Source: a virus. From it: a stretch of 14,833 nt of DNA. Where the stretch lies: positions 1 to 14,833 of the IMG/VR virus record IMGVR_UViG_3300045988_123087. The stretch is one strand, 5' to 3'. The notes under the pieces were generated by a model. That model did no database searches and had not been told where the DNA came from. It was given only the letters and a program-made list of their open reading frames with translations. Position numbers and translations under genes: made by a program. Below are positions 1 through 8,358 of this stretch, piece by piece. Every line of letters begins with the position of its first letter. The first letter of the stretch is position 1.

Positions 1-45
1 TTTTTAAATTATGCTTGACATTTTATACAATTTGTAGTATTATAA
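1..45 (+). repeat. Left copy of a 45-bp inverted repeat containing a promoter
   Basis: TTTTTAAATTATGCTTGACATTTTATACAATTTGTAGTATTATAA is exactly the reverse complement of 14678-14722. Confidence 0.93.
15..43 (+). promoter_or_regulatory. Sigma-A-like promoter driving the rightward arm
   Basis: TTGACA (15-20), 17-nt spacer, TATTAT (38-43). Confidence 0.85.
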
Positions 46-48
46 ATA

Positions 49-55
49 TGTCGAA
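49..55 (+). promoter_or_regulatory. Candidate Spo0A box (0A box core TGTCGAA)
   Basis: TGTCGAA starts 6 nt after the -10 hexamer, within the expected transcription-start region. Confidence 0.5.
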
Positions 56-70
56 AGGAGTTGAAAACAA

Positions 71-232
71 ATGAAAAAAGCAATTATAAGTATAATATCA
101 ATATTAGCATTTTTATATTTAATAGGCGAACAAGAAGAAATAACAATAGGAATAGTAGCTTTAAAATTTTTATCATTAGGCTGGTTATGGTTAGTAGTAA
201 AAGCAAATAATTATTTTTATGAAGGAGAGTAA
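71..232 (+). CDS. Small hydrophobic protein, possible membrane peptide
   Basis: ATG after AAAGGAG; MKKAIISIISILAFLYLIGEQEEITIGIVALKFLSLGWLWLVVKANNYFYEGE*. Confidence 0.6.
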   Translation: MKKAIISIISILAFLYLIGEQEEITIGIVALKFLSLGWLWLVVKANNYFYEGE

Positions 233-234
233 AT

Positions 235-333
235 ATGAAATATTTAATAATATCATTATTAAGTTATTATATGGGTATAGTAACTATGTGTTTATTTATA
301 TTAGGAAAAGAGGGAAAAAATGAAAAGAATTAA
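235..333 (+). CDS. Very small hydrophobic protein
   Basis: MKYLIISLLSYYMGIVTMCLFILGKEGKNEKN*, preceded by GAAGGAG. Confidence 0.45.
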   Translation: MKYLIISLLSYYMGIVTMCLFILGKEGKNEKN

Positions 334-475
334 ATTACTAATAGCTTATATAAAGCTAAAACGAAAAGGCTATGACAAAGAACATAGATACTTTAAATAT
401 GCAATAGACGGACTTATAACATTTGAGCAATACGAGAAATACATAGATAATAAAATAATGAAAGGGGGCGAATAA
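320..475 (+). CDS. Small basic hypothetical protein
   Basis: MKRIKLLIAYIKLKRKGYDKEHRYFKYAIDGLITFEQYEKYIDNKIMKGGE*; overlaps the preceding ORF; contains an in-frame CGA Arg codon. Confidence 0.5.
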   Translation: MKRIKLLIAYIKLKRKGYDKEHRYFKYAIDGLITFEQYEKYIDNKIMKGGE

Positions 476-477
476 AT

Positions 478-855
478 ATGGATAAATTATTATTGTTACA
501 GTTACAATTTAATGTAAATAGTATAGGTTTTAAATATTGGCTAGCTGGTATAAGAATATATCGAAAAAATTATTTTCGTTATGGTTTTACATTAGAATTT
601 GTATATAATGAAATAGCAGAAGAATATAATACTACACGTGATAGAGTAGAAAGAGCATTAAGAACAGCAAGTAATACAGCAAAAAAGAATATTCAAAAAT
701 ATTATAATTATTATGGGACTATAACTAATAAAACTATATTCGAGTTAATAGTAAATATGAACGGAATAAAAGCTAAAACTGTATCATTTGACGAAGTATT
801 AAAAATTGATAATGATTATGAAAATATAGTATCACATATACCAAGAATAGATTAG
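478..855 (+). CDS. Spo0A C-terminal DNA-binding-domain-like protein without a receiver domain
   Basis: FVYNEIAEEYNTTRDRVERALRTASNTA resembles the Spo0A recognition-helix segment [28 protein letters not shown]; the upstream portion IGFKYWLAGIRIYRKN also aligns with IGVPAHIKGYLYLREAI. Confidence 0.8.
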   Translation: MDKLLLLQLQFNVNSIGFKYWLAGIRIYRKNYFRYGFTLEFVYNEIAEEYNTTRDRVERALRTASNTAKKNIQKYYNYYGTITNKTIFELIVNMNGIKAKTVSFDEVLKIDNDYENIVSHIPRID

Positions 856-869
856 AAAGGAGATTATAT

Positions 870-1043
870 ATGAAATGTCATTTTTGTGAAAGTGAAATGA
901 TTTTAGACGATTGCGACTATAATTTTAAAGGTAATAAAGATAATTACTGGATATGTGAAAAATGCAATAGTTTTACATTTGAAAAAATTAGATATGGAAA
1001 AAGCATATATAAAGAATTTCATAAATCAGAGAAAGGAGAATAA
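870..1043 (+). CDS. Small zinc-ribbon-like protein (CxxC...CxxC)
   Basis: MKCHFCESEMILDDCDYNFKGNKDNYWICEKCNSFTFEKIRYGKSIYKEFHKSEKGE*; AGGAG upstream; missed by the ORF track. Confidence 0.65.
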   Translation: MKCHFCESEMILDDCDYNFKGNKDNYWICEKCNSFTFEKIRYGKSIYKEFHKSEKGE

Positions 1044-1045
1044 AA

Positions 1046-1285
1046 ATGGAATTAGAAATAGAAGAAAAATTACAATTAAAATACAAAAATTTAATAGTAG
1101 AGGTAAACTACAAAGACATCAGAAAATACGAAATAATAATAAAATTAGAATACAAGGGCGTAACATACGTAAGTAATTTTGAATATTTATACAATGCAAA
1201 ATTGACATTAGATGTAAATATTGATACAATAGAAAATATAATAGATAGAGAAATAATATTATCATTTTATAAGAAAGGGGAATAA
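1046..1285 (+). CDS. Hypothetical protein
   Basis: 79-aa ORF preceded by GAAAGGAG, in tight synteny with its neighbours. Confidence 0.6.
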   Translation: MELEIEEKLQLKYKNLIVEVNYKDIRKYEIIIKLEYKGVTYVSNFEYLYNAKLTLDVNIDTIENIIDREIILSFYKKGE

Positions 1286-1287
1286 TT

Positions 1288-2061
1288 ATGAATAAATCAG
1301 AATTTATACCAACAATAGCACCATTAGTACAAGCAGAAAACAAAAAGAGGGGTTATCCTTTATTTTCAAGCGTAGTAATAGCGCAAGCAATATGTGAAAG
1401 TGGCTGGGGACAAAGTAAAATTATGATGAAAGCAAATGCAATTTTCGGCATAAAAGCAACATCTAGTTGGAAAGGTAAGGTATATAATGCAAATACGCAA
1501 GAGTGTTACGACGGCGTAAGTTACACAAATATTACAGCTTGTTTCAGAGCATATAACAGCTTAGCAGAAAGTATATCAGATTATTTCGATTTAATAACAA
1601 AATTAGAAAGATACAGAAAAGCAACAGTAGCAGAAACACCGTTAGAGTGCATAACAGCAATAAAAAACGGGGGTTATGCTACAAGTCCAACATATATAAA
1701 TACTATAATGTCAATAATCAATAGTAACGATTTAACTAAATATGATGTTGTGGAAAATGTGGAAAACTCTACAAATATAGATATAGAACAAATAGCAAGA
1801 GATATAATCGCTGGTAAATATGGAAACGGACAAGAAAGAAAAGACAAACTAGGTAATATATACGAACAAGTACAAGCAAGAGTAAATGAAATATTATTAG
1901 GTAAAAAAGTTTCACAAGAAACAATATACATAGTAAAATCGGGGGATACTTTATCAGAAATAGCCCAAAAATTTAATACAACATACCAAAAAATAGCAAA
2001 AGATAATAATATTTCAAACCCTAATTTAATATATCCAAATCAAAAGTTGGTGATTAAATAA
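1288..2061 (+). CDS. Endolysin: N-terminal glucosaminidase-like (GH73-type) domain plus C-terminal LysM
   Basis: FIPTIAPLVQAENKKRGYPLFSSVVIAQAICESGWGQSKIM...NAIFGIKA; C-terminal YIVKSGDTLSEIAQKFNTTYQKIAKDNNISNPNLIYPNQKLVI is a LysM signature. Confidence 0.88.
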   Translation: MNKSEFIPTIAPLVQAENKKRGYPLFSSVVIAQAICESGWGQSKIMMKANAIFGIKATSSWKGKVYNANTQECYDGVSYTNITACFRAYNSLAESISDYFDLITKLERYRKATVAETPLECITAIKNGGYATSPTYINTIMSIINSNDLTKYDVVENVENSTNIDIEQIARDIIAGKYGNGQERKDKLGNIYEQVQARVNEILLGKKVSQETIYIVKSGDTLSEIAQKFNTTYQKIAKDNNISNPNLIYPNQKLVIK

Positions 2062-2696
2062 TGGCATTATTAGAAAGAACACGGGCAATATGGGAATTAT
2101 TGGGGTAATACATACGACAGTTCGCAAGCTTTAACATTAGAGCAAGAGCAAGTAAACGCACGTTATATATGGGCTTATTTACAAGCTAGGGGCTGGACTT
2201 TAAATGCAGTAGCTGGCGTATTAGGTAATATGCAAAGTGAAAGTAGTATAAACCCTCGGACGTTGGGAAAGTGACGTAGTAGGTGGCGACCCGACGGCTC
2301 ACGGATACCGGCTTAGTACAATGGACGCCATACACTAAATATACAGACTGGATAGTAAATCAAGGTTTTAGCGACCCGTCAGAAATGGACGCTAACTTAT
2401 ATAGGATAATTTATGAGGTAGAAAATAATATACAATGGATAGCGACCAGTACTTATAATTATAGTTTTTACGAATTTACACAAAGTACTGATACACCATA
2501 TAATTTAGCGCTAGCTTTTTTAGCGAATTATGAAAGACCGGCAGACCCAAACCAACCAGCAAGAGGAACGCAAGCAGAATACTGGTACGAATATTTAGGG
2601 GGTTTACCACCAGTACCAACATTTACAAGAAAACGCAATAAATTTCCTTGGGCTGTATTAACAAAAATAATAAAAAATAAACGAACATTTTTTTAA
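2061..2696 (+). CDS. Tail-associated lysozyme (phage tail lysozyme-like), requires three +1 frameshifts at CGG codons
   Basis: Skipping C at 2082, 2257 and 2309 gives MALLERTGQYGNYWGNTYDSSQALTLEQEQVNARYIWAYLQARGWTLNAVAGVLGNMQSESSINPGRWESDVVGGDPTAHGYGLVQWTPYTKYTDW...; NPGRW and GYGLVQWTP are restored. Length 636 = 633+3. Confidence 0.88.
2082..2085 (+). other. CGG +1 frameshift site 1 (ACA CGG|G CAA)
   Basis: Zero frame reaches TAA after ACA CGG GCA ATA TGG GAA TTA TTG GGG; the +1 frame stays open as ...T GQYGNYWGNTYDSSQ. Confidence 0.85.
2257..2260 (+). other. CGG +1 frameshift site 2 (CCT CGG|A CGT)
   Basis: Without a shift NPRTLGK*; with +1, INPGRWESDVVGGD. Confidence 0.92.
2309..2312 (+). 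other. CGG +1 frameshift site 3 (TAC CGG|C TTA)
   Basis: Without a shift GYRLSTMDAIH*; with +1, GYGLVQWTPYTKYTDW. Confidence 0.92.
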
Positions 2697-2711
2697 AAAT
2701 GTTCGTTTTAT
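2677..2711 (+). terminator. Intrinsic terminator-like hairpin overlapping the end of the lysozyme gene
   Basis: AAAACGAACATTTTT...AAAAATGTTCGTTTT inverted repeat. Confidence 0.75.
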
Positions 2712-2713
2712 TA

Positions 2714-2743
2714 TTGACAAAATTTTAATTTTATGCTTATAAT
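2714..2743 (+). promoter_or_regulatory. Sigma-A-like promoter for the capsid/tail genes
   Basis: TTGACA (2714-2719), 18-nt spacer, TATAAT (2738-2743), directly after a terminator. Confidence 0.8.
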
Positions 2744-2778
2744 TTTAATAGATACTAACGAGAAAAGGAGAAGCGAAA

Positions 2779-3057
2779 ATGGATATTTTACAATTATTGG
2801 GTAGTTATTGCTTTCCTATTGTAGCGTGTTTAGGTATGGGCTGGTATGTTAAATACATAACAGATAAAAATATGGAAGAAACATCAAAATTAAATGAACA
2901 GCATACAAAAGTTATGCTAGCATACAAAGACGAATTAAAAGACGCTATAAACAATAATACATTAGTAATGCAACGATTATGCGATACAATGGAAGTAAAA
3001 AACACAAGAACAAAGAAAAGTAAAAAAGGAGAGGAGGAGAAAGAAAATGAAGCTTAG
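2779..3057 (+). CDS. Holin-like protein (BhlA/UviB-type)
   Basis: One N-terminal hydrophobic segment (YCFPIVACLGMGWYVKYI) then a charged helix; AAAAGGAG upstream. Confidence 0.6.
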   Translation: MDILQLLGSYCFPIVACLGMGWYVKYITDKNMEETSKLNEQHTKVMLAYKDELKDAINNNTLVMQRLCDTMEVKNTRTKKSKKGEEEKENEA

Positions 3058-3322
3058 TAAAGAAGAATTAAAACAAAAAGTTAATGAACTTGTAACAGAT
3101 AATGAAATAGCAATACAATTATTAGAAGACATAGAAGACAGTATGGAAGTAGGCGAAGTAGATACAACTAAAATAGACGAGTTACAAGCAAAATTTGACG
3201 ATTTACTAGAAAAATACAAACAAAGATTTTTAAAAGGCGACGACAAAAAAGACGCCGAAGACAAAAAAGAAGTCGACGAAGAATTAGAAGAAAAAGAAGT
3301 AATCGACATAAAAGAAATTTAA
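3047..3322 (+). CDS. Probable capsid scaffolding protein
   Basis: Small acidic coiled-coil-like protein directly upstream of the major capsid gene. Confidence 0.5.
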   Translation: MKLSKEELKQKVNELVTDNEIAIQLLEDIEDSMEVGEVDTTKIDELQAKFDDLLEKYKQRFLKGDDKKDAEDKKEVDEELEEKEVIDIKEI

Positions 3323-3345
3323 TTATAGAAAGGTAGGAAAATAAA

Positions 3346-4812
3346 ATGGCTAAAATAAGTTCTAAAACAAACTTAAAAGTAAATGATAGTATCGAACTTT
3401 TAAGTTATGTAATAAATGAAACACCATTATTAAGAGAAAATATTGATTTACCAGTACAAGGCGAAAGCATAAACGGTATCGGTAAAATTATTATGAAAAA
3501 TGTAGCGTATAAAAACGCATTTTTAAATACTTTAAATTTAATAGGTTTAACAGTAATTACAAGAAATCACTGGGAAAATCCATGGAAAAAATTTACAGAT
3601 AAAGGACAATTAAGTTATGGGCAACAAGTAAGAGAAGTAATATGTGATATTGCTAATATATATGATTATAACGAAATGTTAAAAAATGAATATGATTTTA
3701 TAAAAACAGAAGTTCCAAATGTATTATCATATTTACACGAAATTAATTACCAAAAATTTTATAAAACTACAACATCTGACGAACAAATGGCTATGGCTTT
3801 TGAAACTGGCGATTTATTTAGATTAATAGATATTATTATAAATTCTTTATATGAGGGTTATGAATACGATAGTTACTTAGTAAATAAATATATGTTAGCT
3901 AGACGTATAATTGATGGAACAGTAACAACAGTAAAAATAGATAATTTCGCTAATAAAACAGATAGAGAAATTGTAGCAGATATAAAAGCAAAAAGTAATG
4001 ATATGACTTTTAGAAGTCCAAACTTTAACCCAGCTGGTTTAAGAAAAGCGACAGACTTTGAAGACCAATTCGCTATTGTATCAACTAAATTTGACGCTAA
4101 ATTTACAACAAATGTATTAGCAACAAGTTATTTCCGTTCTGACGCTGAAATGAAAGCTAATATGGAATTGTGCGACGGTTTCGGTAAATTCGATACAGAA
4201 AGACTAGAACAAATCTTTGCTAAAAGAGATGAAAACGGAGTAATAATAGAAGGTAAATACTGCGACGGATATATACCATTAACACAAGAACAAATGGAAA
4301 AATTAAATAATATACCAGCTGTAATTGTAGGTAGAGATTTTTTCCAAGATTATTATTACGGTATGGATAACGCGTCAGAGGGTGGCGCAAATTTAAAAGC
4401 AACTGAATTTTATAACCCACAAACATTAAAAAGAAATCATTTCTTACACGTTTGGGGCGTTGTTTCAACTTCTCCATTTGAAAACGCTGTAGTATTTGTT
4501 ATTGATACTCCAGCTGTAACAAGTGTAGAAGTAAACCCACAAGAAGTATCAGTAAGTGCTGGAGTACCAGTACAATTAACAGCAGTAGTAGAAACAACTG
4601 GTTTTGCAAATAAAGCAGTTGTATGGAGTATTGACCAAGACCCAGAGGAAGATGTTAGCAAACAAGCTAGTATAGATTTAAACGGAAAATTAACAATACC
4701 AGCTGGACATATAGCAAGTACACCAGACGAAGAAACAACTACAATAATTGTAAAAGCAACAAGTGTATTTGACGGAAACGTAACAGGTACAGCTACTATA
4801 ACAGTACTTTAA
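3346..4812 (+). CDS. Major capsid protein with C-terminal bacterial Ig-like (BIG2-like) domain
   Basis: 488 aa; position between scaffold and connector; C-terminus VTSVEVNPQEVSVSAGVPVQLTAVVETTG...ATSVFDGNVTGTATITVL is Ig-like. Confidence 0.82.
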   Translation: MAKISSKTNLKVNDSIELLSYVINETPLLRENIDLPVQGESINGIGKIIMKNVAYKNAFLNTLNLIGLTVITRNHWENPWKKFTDKGQLSYGQQVREVICDIANIYDYNEMLKNEYDFIKTEVPNVLSYLHEINYQKFYKTTTSDEQMAMAFETGDLFRLIDIIINSLYEGYEYDSYLVNKYMLARRIIDGTVTTVKIDNFANKTDREIVADIKAKSNDMTFRSPNFNPAGLRKATDFEDQFAIVSTKFDAKFTTNVLATSYFRSDAEMKANMELCDGFGKFDTERLEQIFAKRDENGVIIEGKYCDGYIPLTQEQMEKLNNIPAVIVGRDFFQDYYYGMDNASEGGANLKATEFYNPQTLKRNHFLHVWGVVSTSPFENAVVFVIDTPAVTSVEVNPQEVSVSAGVPVQLTAVVETTGFANKAVVWSIDQDPEEDVSKQASIDLNGKLTIPAGHIASTPDEETTTIIVKATSVFDGNVTGTATITVL

Positions 4813-4820
4813 AACAAAAA

Positions 4821-4850
4821 AACGGCTGGATATAAAATCTAGCCGTTATT
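4821..4850 (+). terminator. Intrinsic terminator downstream of the major capsid gene
   Basis: AACGGCT...AGCCGTT stem with T-rich tail (TTATTATTTT). Confidence 0.85.
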
Positions 4851-4874
4851 ATTTTATAAGAAAGGAGAAAGAAA

Positions 4875-5792
4875 ATGAAAAGTAAACTAATAAATTCGCA
4901 GTTGTCTAATTTTAAAACTTACGAAATGTATAAAAGACAATTACTTACACTTGCAGAAAATGTTTTTGAATTTACAAATATGCCAAAATTTATAGATACA
5001 GCATACTTAAATAAAACATTATTAAGACAAGGAAGCATAGCATTTTTTGTAGACGAAGTATTAGGACTTTTAGCTTTACCATATCAAAATATTGGTAAAT
5101 TAGATGTATACGGAAGACCTACAAGCATACAAGTAATATCACAAAACGGATACACTAAACTATTAAGAAATCAAGACGACTTCGTTATAATGTACGATAA
5201 TAACGGACGCTATCCATTATGGTTAGATATATTACAATACAGCGAGCGTATCGCGTTAGACACTAGAACAACAGATATAAATATAGCACAACAAAAAACG
5301 CCAAGGTTTTGGAAAACAAAAACAGAAAAAGTAAAATCAATACAAGACTTAGTAAATAACGTAGACGGTATGGAAAATACAGTTATTTCATACGACGACT
5401 TAGACTTAGACGACACAACATTAGTACTAGCGCCAGCACCTTTTGTAGCAGATAAAATAGACGAACACAAAGAGAAAGACTGGAACGAATTTTTGCGACT
5501 TATTGGAATTGCTAATATGAATTTTCAAAAGAAAGAGCGTAATATACGCGACGAAGTATTAGCAAGTCAAGGGGGAACGGTTGCAAGTAGATATAGTCGT
5601 TTTGAGCCTAGAAAAAAAGCGATAGAAGAAATAAACGAAAAATTAGCAAATAAAATATTACTTAATGGAAAAAAAGCAATAGAACAAAAAATAGAAGTAA
5701 AATACTACGACGGTATACCAACTAGCGTAGAAGAAATAGAAGACGTCTACGAAGACGAGGAAGGAGAGGGCGAAAATGATACCATATTATAA
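4875..5792 (+). CDS. Upper collar / connector (portal) protein
   Basis: 305 aa; downstream of the capsid gene in phi29-like order; GKLDVYGRPTSIQVISQNGY segment. Confidence 0.75.
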   Translation: MKSKLINSQLSNFKTYEMYKRQLLTLAENVFEFTNMPKFIDTAYLNKTLLRQGSIAFFVDEVLGLLALPYQNIGKLDVYGRPTSIQVISQNGYTKLLRNQDDFVIMYDNNGRYPLWLDILQYSERIALDTRTTDINIAQQKTPRFWKTKTEKVKSIQDLVNNVDGMENTVISYDDLDLDDTTLVLAPAPFVADKIDEHKEKDWNEFLRLIGIANMNFQKKERNIRDEVLASQGGTVASRYSRFEPRKKAIEEINEKLANKILLNGKKAIEQKIEVKYYDGIPTSVEEIEDVYEDEEGEGENDTIL

Positions 5793-6543
5793 CGGTTTAT
5801 TTATGTTTTATCCTTTTTTACCACCTAATTGTAGTAAACCACCTACTTTATATTCTATTTTAAATTCTATCGTAAATGGAGATAAAGAGGAAGAAGACTA
5901 CACAAAAATAAAAGACTTGGCAAAAGAAGGACGAACAACTATTTTTAATTTTGAATATCCTTTATCACAATATGTAGATAAAGAAAAATTTGAAACAATG
6001 ATATTAAATCATTATTTACAACGCCGAATTGGTTTTGAAACTGTAACAGCTTTTAGAATACAACTAGACGTAAAACTAAACGAAATAATGCCATTATACA
6101 ATAAAATGTTTAACGCACTAGAAAATTGGGAAATTTTTAACGACGGCGAAGTTACTACTAGAACTGGTACAGATAATACAACATCACAAAATACAAATAA
6201 TACAAGTAATACACTAGAAAATACTTCTATAACAAGTACAGAAGATGTATCAGACAGAAGAAATAGCGAACTACCTCAAAACCAACTTGAAGATTTAAGA
6301 AACGGCAGTTATGTTACTAATTATAGTTATGATACAAACACAAATACGGGTAATGATAATTCGCAAAGTAAAGGAACATCACAAGCAACAAATCAAGGTA
6401 CAGACAATAAAATATATAATGAAACAGTAACAAGAACGCCAGCAGATAAAATAGCAATTTTAAAAGAAATGCAAGAAAATATAAAATCAATATATAGTTT
6501 AATCTATAAAGAATTAGACTGTCTATTTTATAGTTTAGTATAG
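5776..6543 (+). CDS. Lower collar protein
   Basis: 255 aa overlapping the connector gene; Asn/Thr-rich middle; synteny. Confidence 0.65.
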   Translation: MIPYYNGLFMFYPFLPPNCSKPPTLYSILNSIVNGDKEEEDYTKIKDLAKEGRTTIFNFEYPLSQYVDKEKFETMILNHYLQRRIGFETVTAFRIQLDVKLNEIMPLYNKMFNALENWEIFNDGEVTTRTGTDNTTSQNTNNTSNTLENTSITSTEDVSDRRNSELPQNQLEDLRNGSYVTNYSYDTNTNTGNDNSQSKGTSQATNQGTDNKIYNETVTRTPADKIAILKEMQENIKSIYSLIYKELDCLFYSLV

Positions 6544-6557
6544 AGAGGAGAAAGAAA

Positions 6558-8313
6558 ATGAATAAATTTGAATATAAAAATTTAACACCTTTTAAATGGT
6601 TTGTATTAGAGAATTTTCCTTTTATTGAGGCAGACTTTGACGCTTTAACAGAGTGGCAATTATTCTGTAAATTGGGAAAAGAAATGAATAAAATAATTAC
6701 AAGCGAAAATACATTAGGAACACAAGTAGAAAGTGTTACAAATGCTTTTATAGAATTACAAAATTATGTTAATAATTATTTCGATAATTTAGATATACAA
6801 GAAGAAGTAAACGAAAAATTAAACCAAATGGCGCAAAGTGGAGAATTAACAGAAATAATAGCTCAATATTTAGAATTACAAGGGCTTTTATGTTTTAATA
6901 CTATAAATGATTTAAAAAATGCAGATAATTTAGTTAACGGAAGTTTTGTTAAAACATACGGAAAAAATAATTATCTAGACGGTTTAGGAGAATTTTATAA
7001 AATAAGAATATTAACTAGTGCAGATGTAGTAGACAATGAAAGTATAATAGCTTTAACAAATTATCCAACTTTAATAGCTGAAAAAATACCAAATGCAACA
7101 ATTACTAATATATTAAATGAAATTGAAATAATAAAAAATCAAATATTAAATATAGAAACAACACCTATGAAAAGATTAAAAATTGTAAAACCTAAATATA
7201 TTGCACATAGGGGCGCAAGTTTAGAAGCACCAGAAAATACTATTCCAGCATTTAGAATAGCTGGACAACATAAATATTATGGTTGTGAAACTGATATTAT
7301 AGAAAGTGCAGACGGGCAATTTTTCTGTTTCCACGACGATACAGTAGATAGAATGACAGACGGAACTGGAAATATTAGAAATATGACAGCTAGTAAAATA
7401 AACATCGACGCTGGTAATAATATTTCAAGTTTTGAAAATTTAAAAATTCCAACTTTTGAAGAATATTTAAGAATATGTTTTAGTGAAAATATGATACCAG
7501 TAATAGAAATAAAAAATATAACAAATATAGAAAATTTATTTAATATTATTAAGGAAAATGGTTTTGAAGAAAAATGTATAGTAATTTCTTTTTCGCTATC
7601 TCATTTAATAAATTTAAGAAACTTATCAGAAAAAATAAAAATACAAGCTTTATTAAATTTATCAGAAGAAAATATAGCTTATTGTGTAGAACATAATTTT
7701 GATATAGATAGCGAAATTTCAGTTGTAACAGAAAATTTAGTAAATTTAGCACATAGTAACGGTTTAGAAGTTAATGTATGGACTATCGAAAATAGTTCTT
7801 ATGCTGGAAATTTACGTAATTGGTTTGTAGATTATATAACAACAAACACAGACGATTTTTGCGTAACAAATAATTTAGAACCATTATACGAAAATAACGG
7901 AATTAAGTTATGGTTACCGAAAGAATTTAACGAAGTAGCTATTAACGGTAGTGATTATTATAACGGAGAATTAAAAACAATGTTAGGGCGTGCGTATGGT
8001 ATAACAACTACACAATTTCCAAAACTATTAATTTTTTCAGGTAATAGAGAAATATGTTTAAATAAAATAAAATTACGTTCTAGTAGTGTTATCAATTATA
8101 ATATACCTAGTGGATATAAAATGACAATTCAACCTTATAATTCTAATAATTTATTTATACAAGATTTACGGTTGGTTTAGTGGTAATTCTAGAACAAATT
8201 TCCCAAGTACAATAGCATACGGAATAGCTTCTTTTGCAAAAGAAGACAATTCTTTAATAACTGAAATTGATAAAAATATTATGAGAAAAATTATAACTTC
8301 TGTTACATATTAA
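6558..8313 (+). CDS. Tail/appendage protein with glycerophosphodiester phosphodiesterase (GDPD) domain, requires one +1 frameshift at CGG
   Basis: YIAHRGASLEAPENTIPAFRIA...CETDIIESADGQFFCFHDDTVDRMTDGTG is a GDPD signature. Skipping C8169 extends the C-terminus: FIQDLGWFSGNSRTNFPSTIAYGIASFAKEDNSLITEIDKNIMRKIITSVTY*. Length 1756 = 1755+1. Confidence 0.85.
8169..8172 (+). other. CGG +1 frameshift site 4 (TTA CGG|T TGG)
   Basis: The zero frame stops two codons later (TTG GTT TAG); the +1 frame is open for 48 codons up to the terminator. Confidence 0.82.
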
Positions 8314-8338
8314 AAGAGAGGATATATCCTCTCTTTTT
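8312..8338. terminator. Bidirectional terminator between the convergent arms
   Basis: Perfect 26-nt palindrome AAAAGAGAGGATATATCCTCTCTTTT between two convergent genes. Confidence 0.92.
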
Positions 8339-8342
8339 ATTT

Positions 8343-8358
8343 TGTTGCACGTGAAACA
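8343..8358. promoter_or_regulatory. Candidate parS (Spo0J/ParB binding) site
   Basis: TGTTGCACGTGAAACA matches the consensus TGTTTCACGTGAAACA at 15/16 positions; lies in the 45-nt gap between convergent genes. Confidence 0.78.

Noticed and set aside
955-1343. Track ORFs 955-1176 (+) and 1119-1343 (-)
   Set aside because: They overlap better-supported genes with Shine-Dalgarno sequences and have low-complexity, out-of-frame composition.
2283-2312. Start of the 137-aa track ORF MATRRLTDTGLVQW
   Set aside because: The first residues are a wrong-frame artefact of the CGG shift; the real reading is VVGGDPTAHGYGLVQW from the start at 2061.
1674-5470. Minus-strand ORFs at 1674, 2805, 2977, 4220, 4437 and 5210
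   Set aside because: Antisense shadows of well-supported plus-strand genes, with hydrophobic/Ser-rich mirror composition and no operon context.
7549-7752. Minus-strand 67-aa ORF inside the GDPD gene
   Set aside because: Antisense shadow of a strong coding region.
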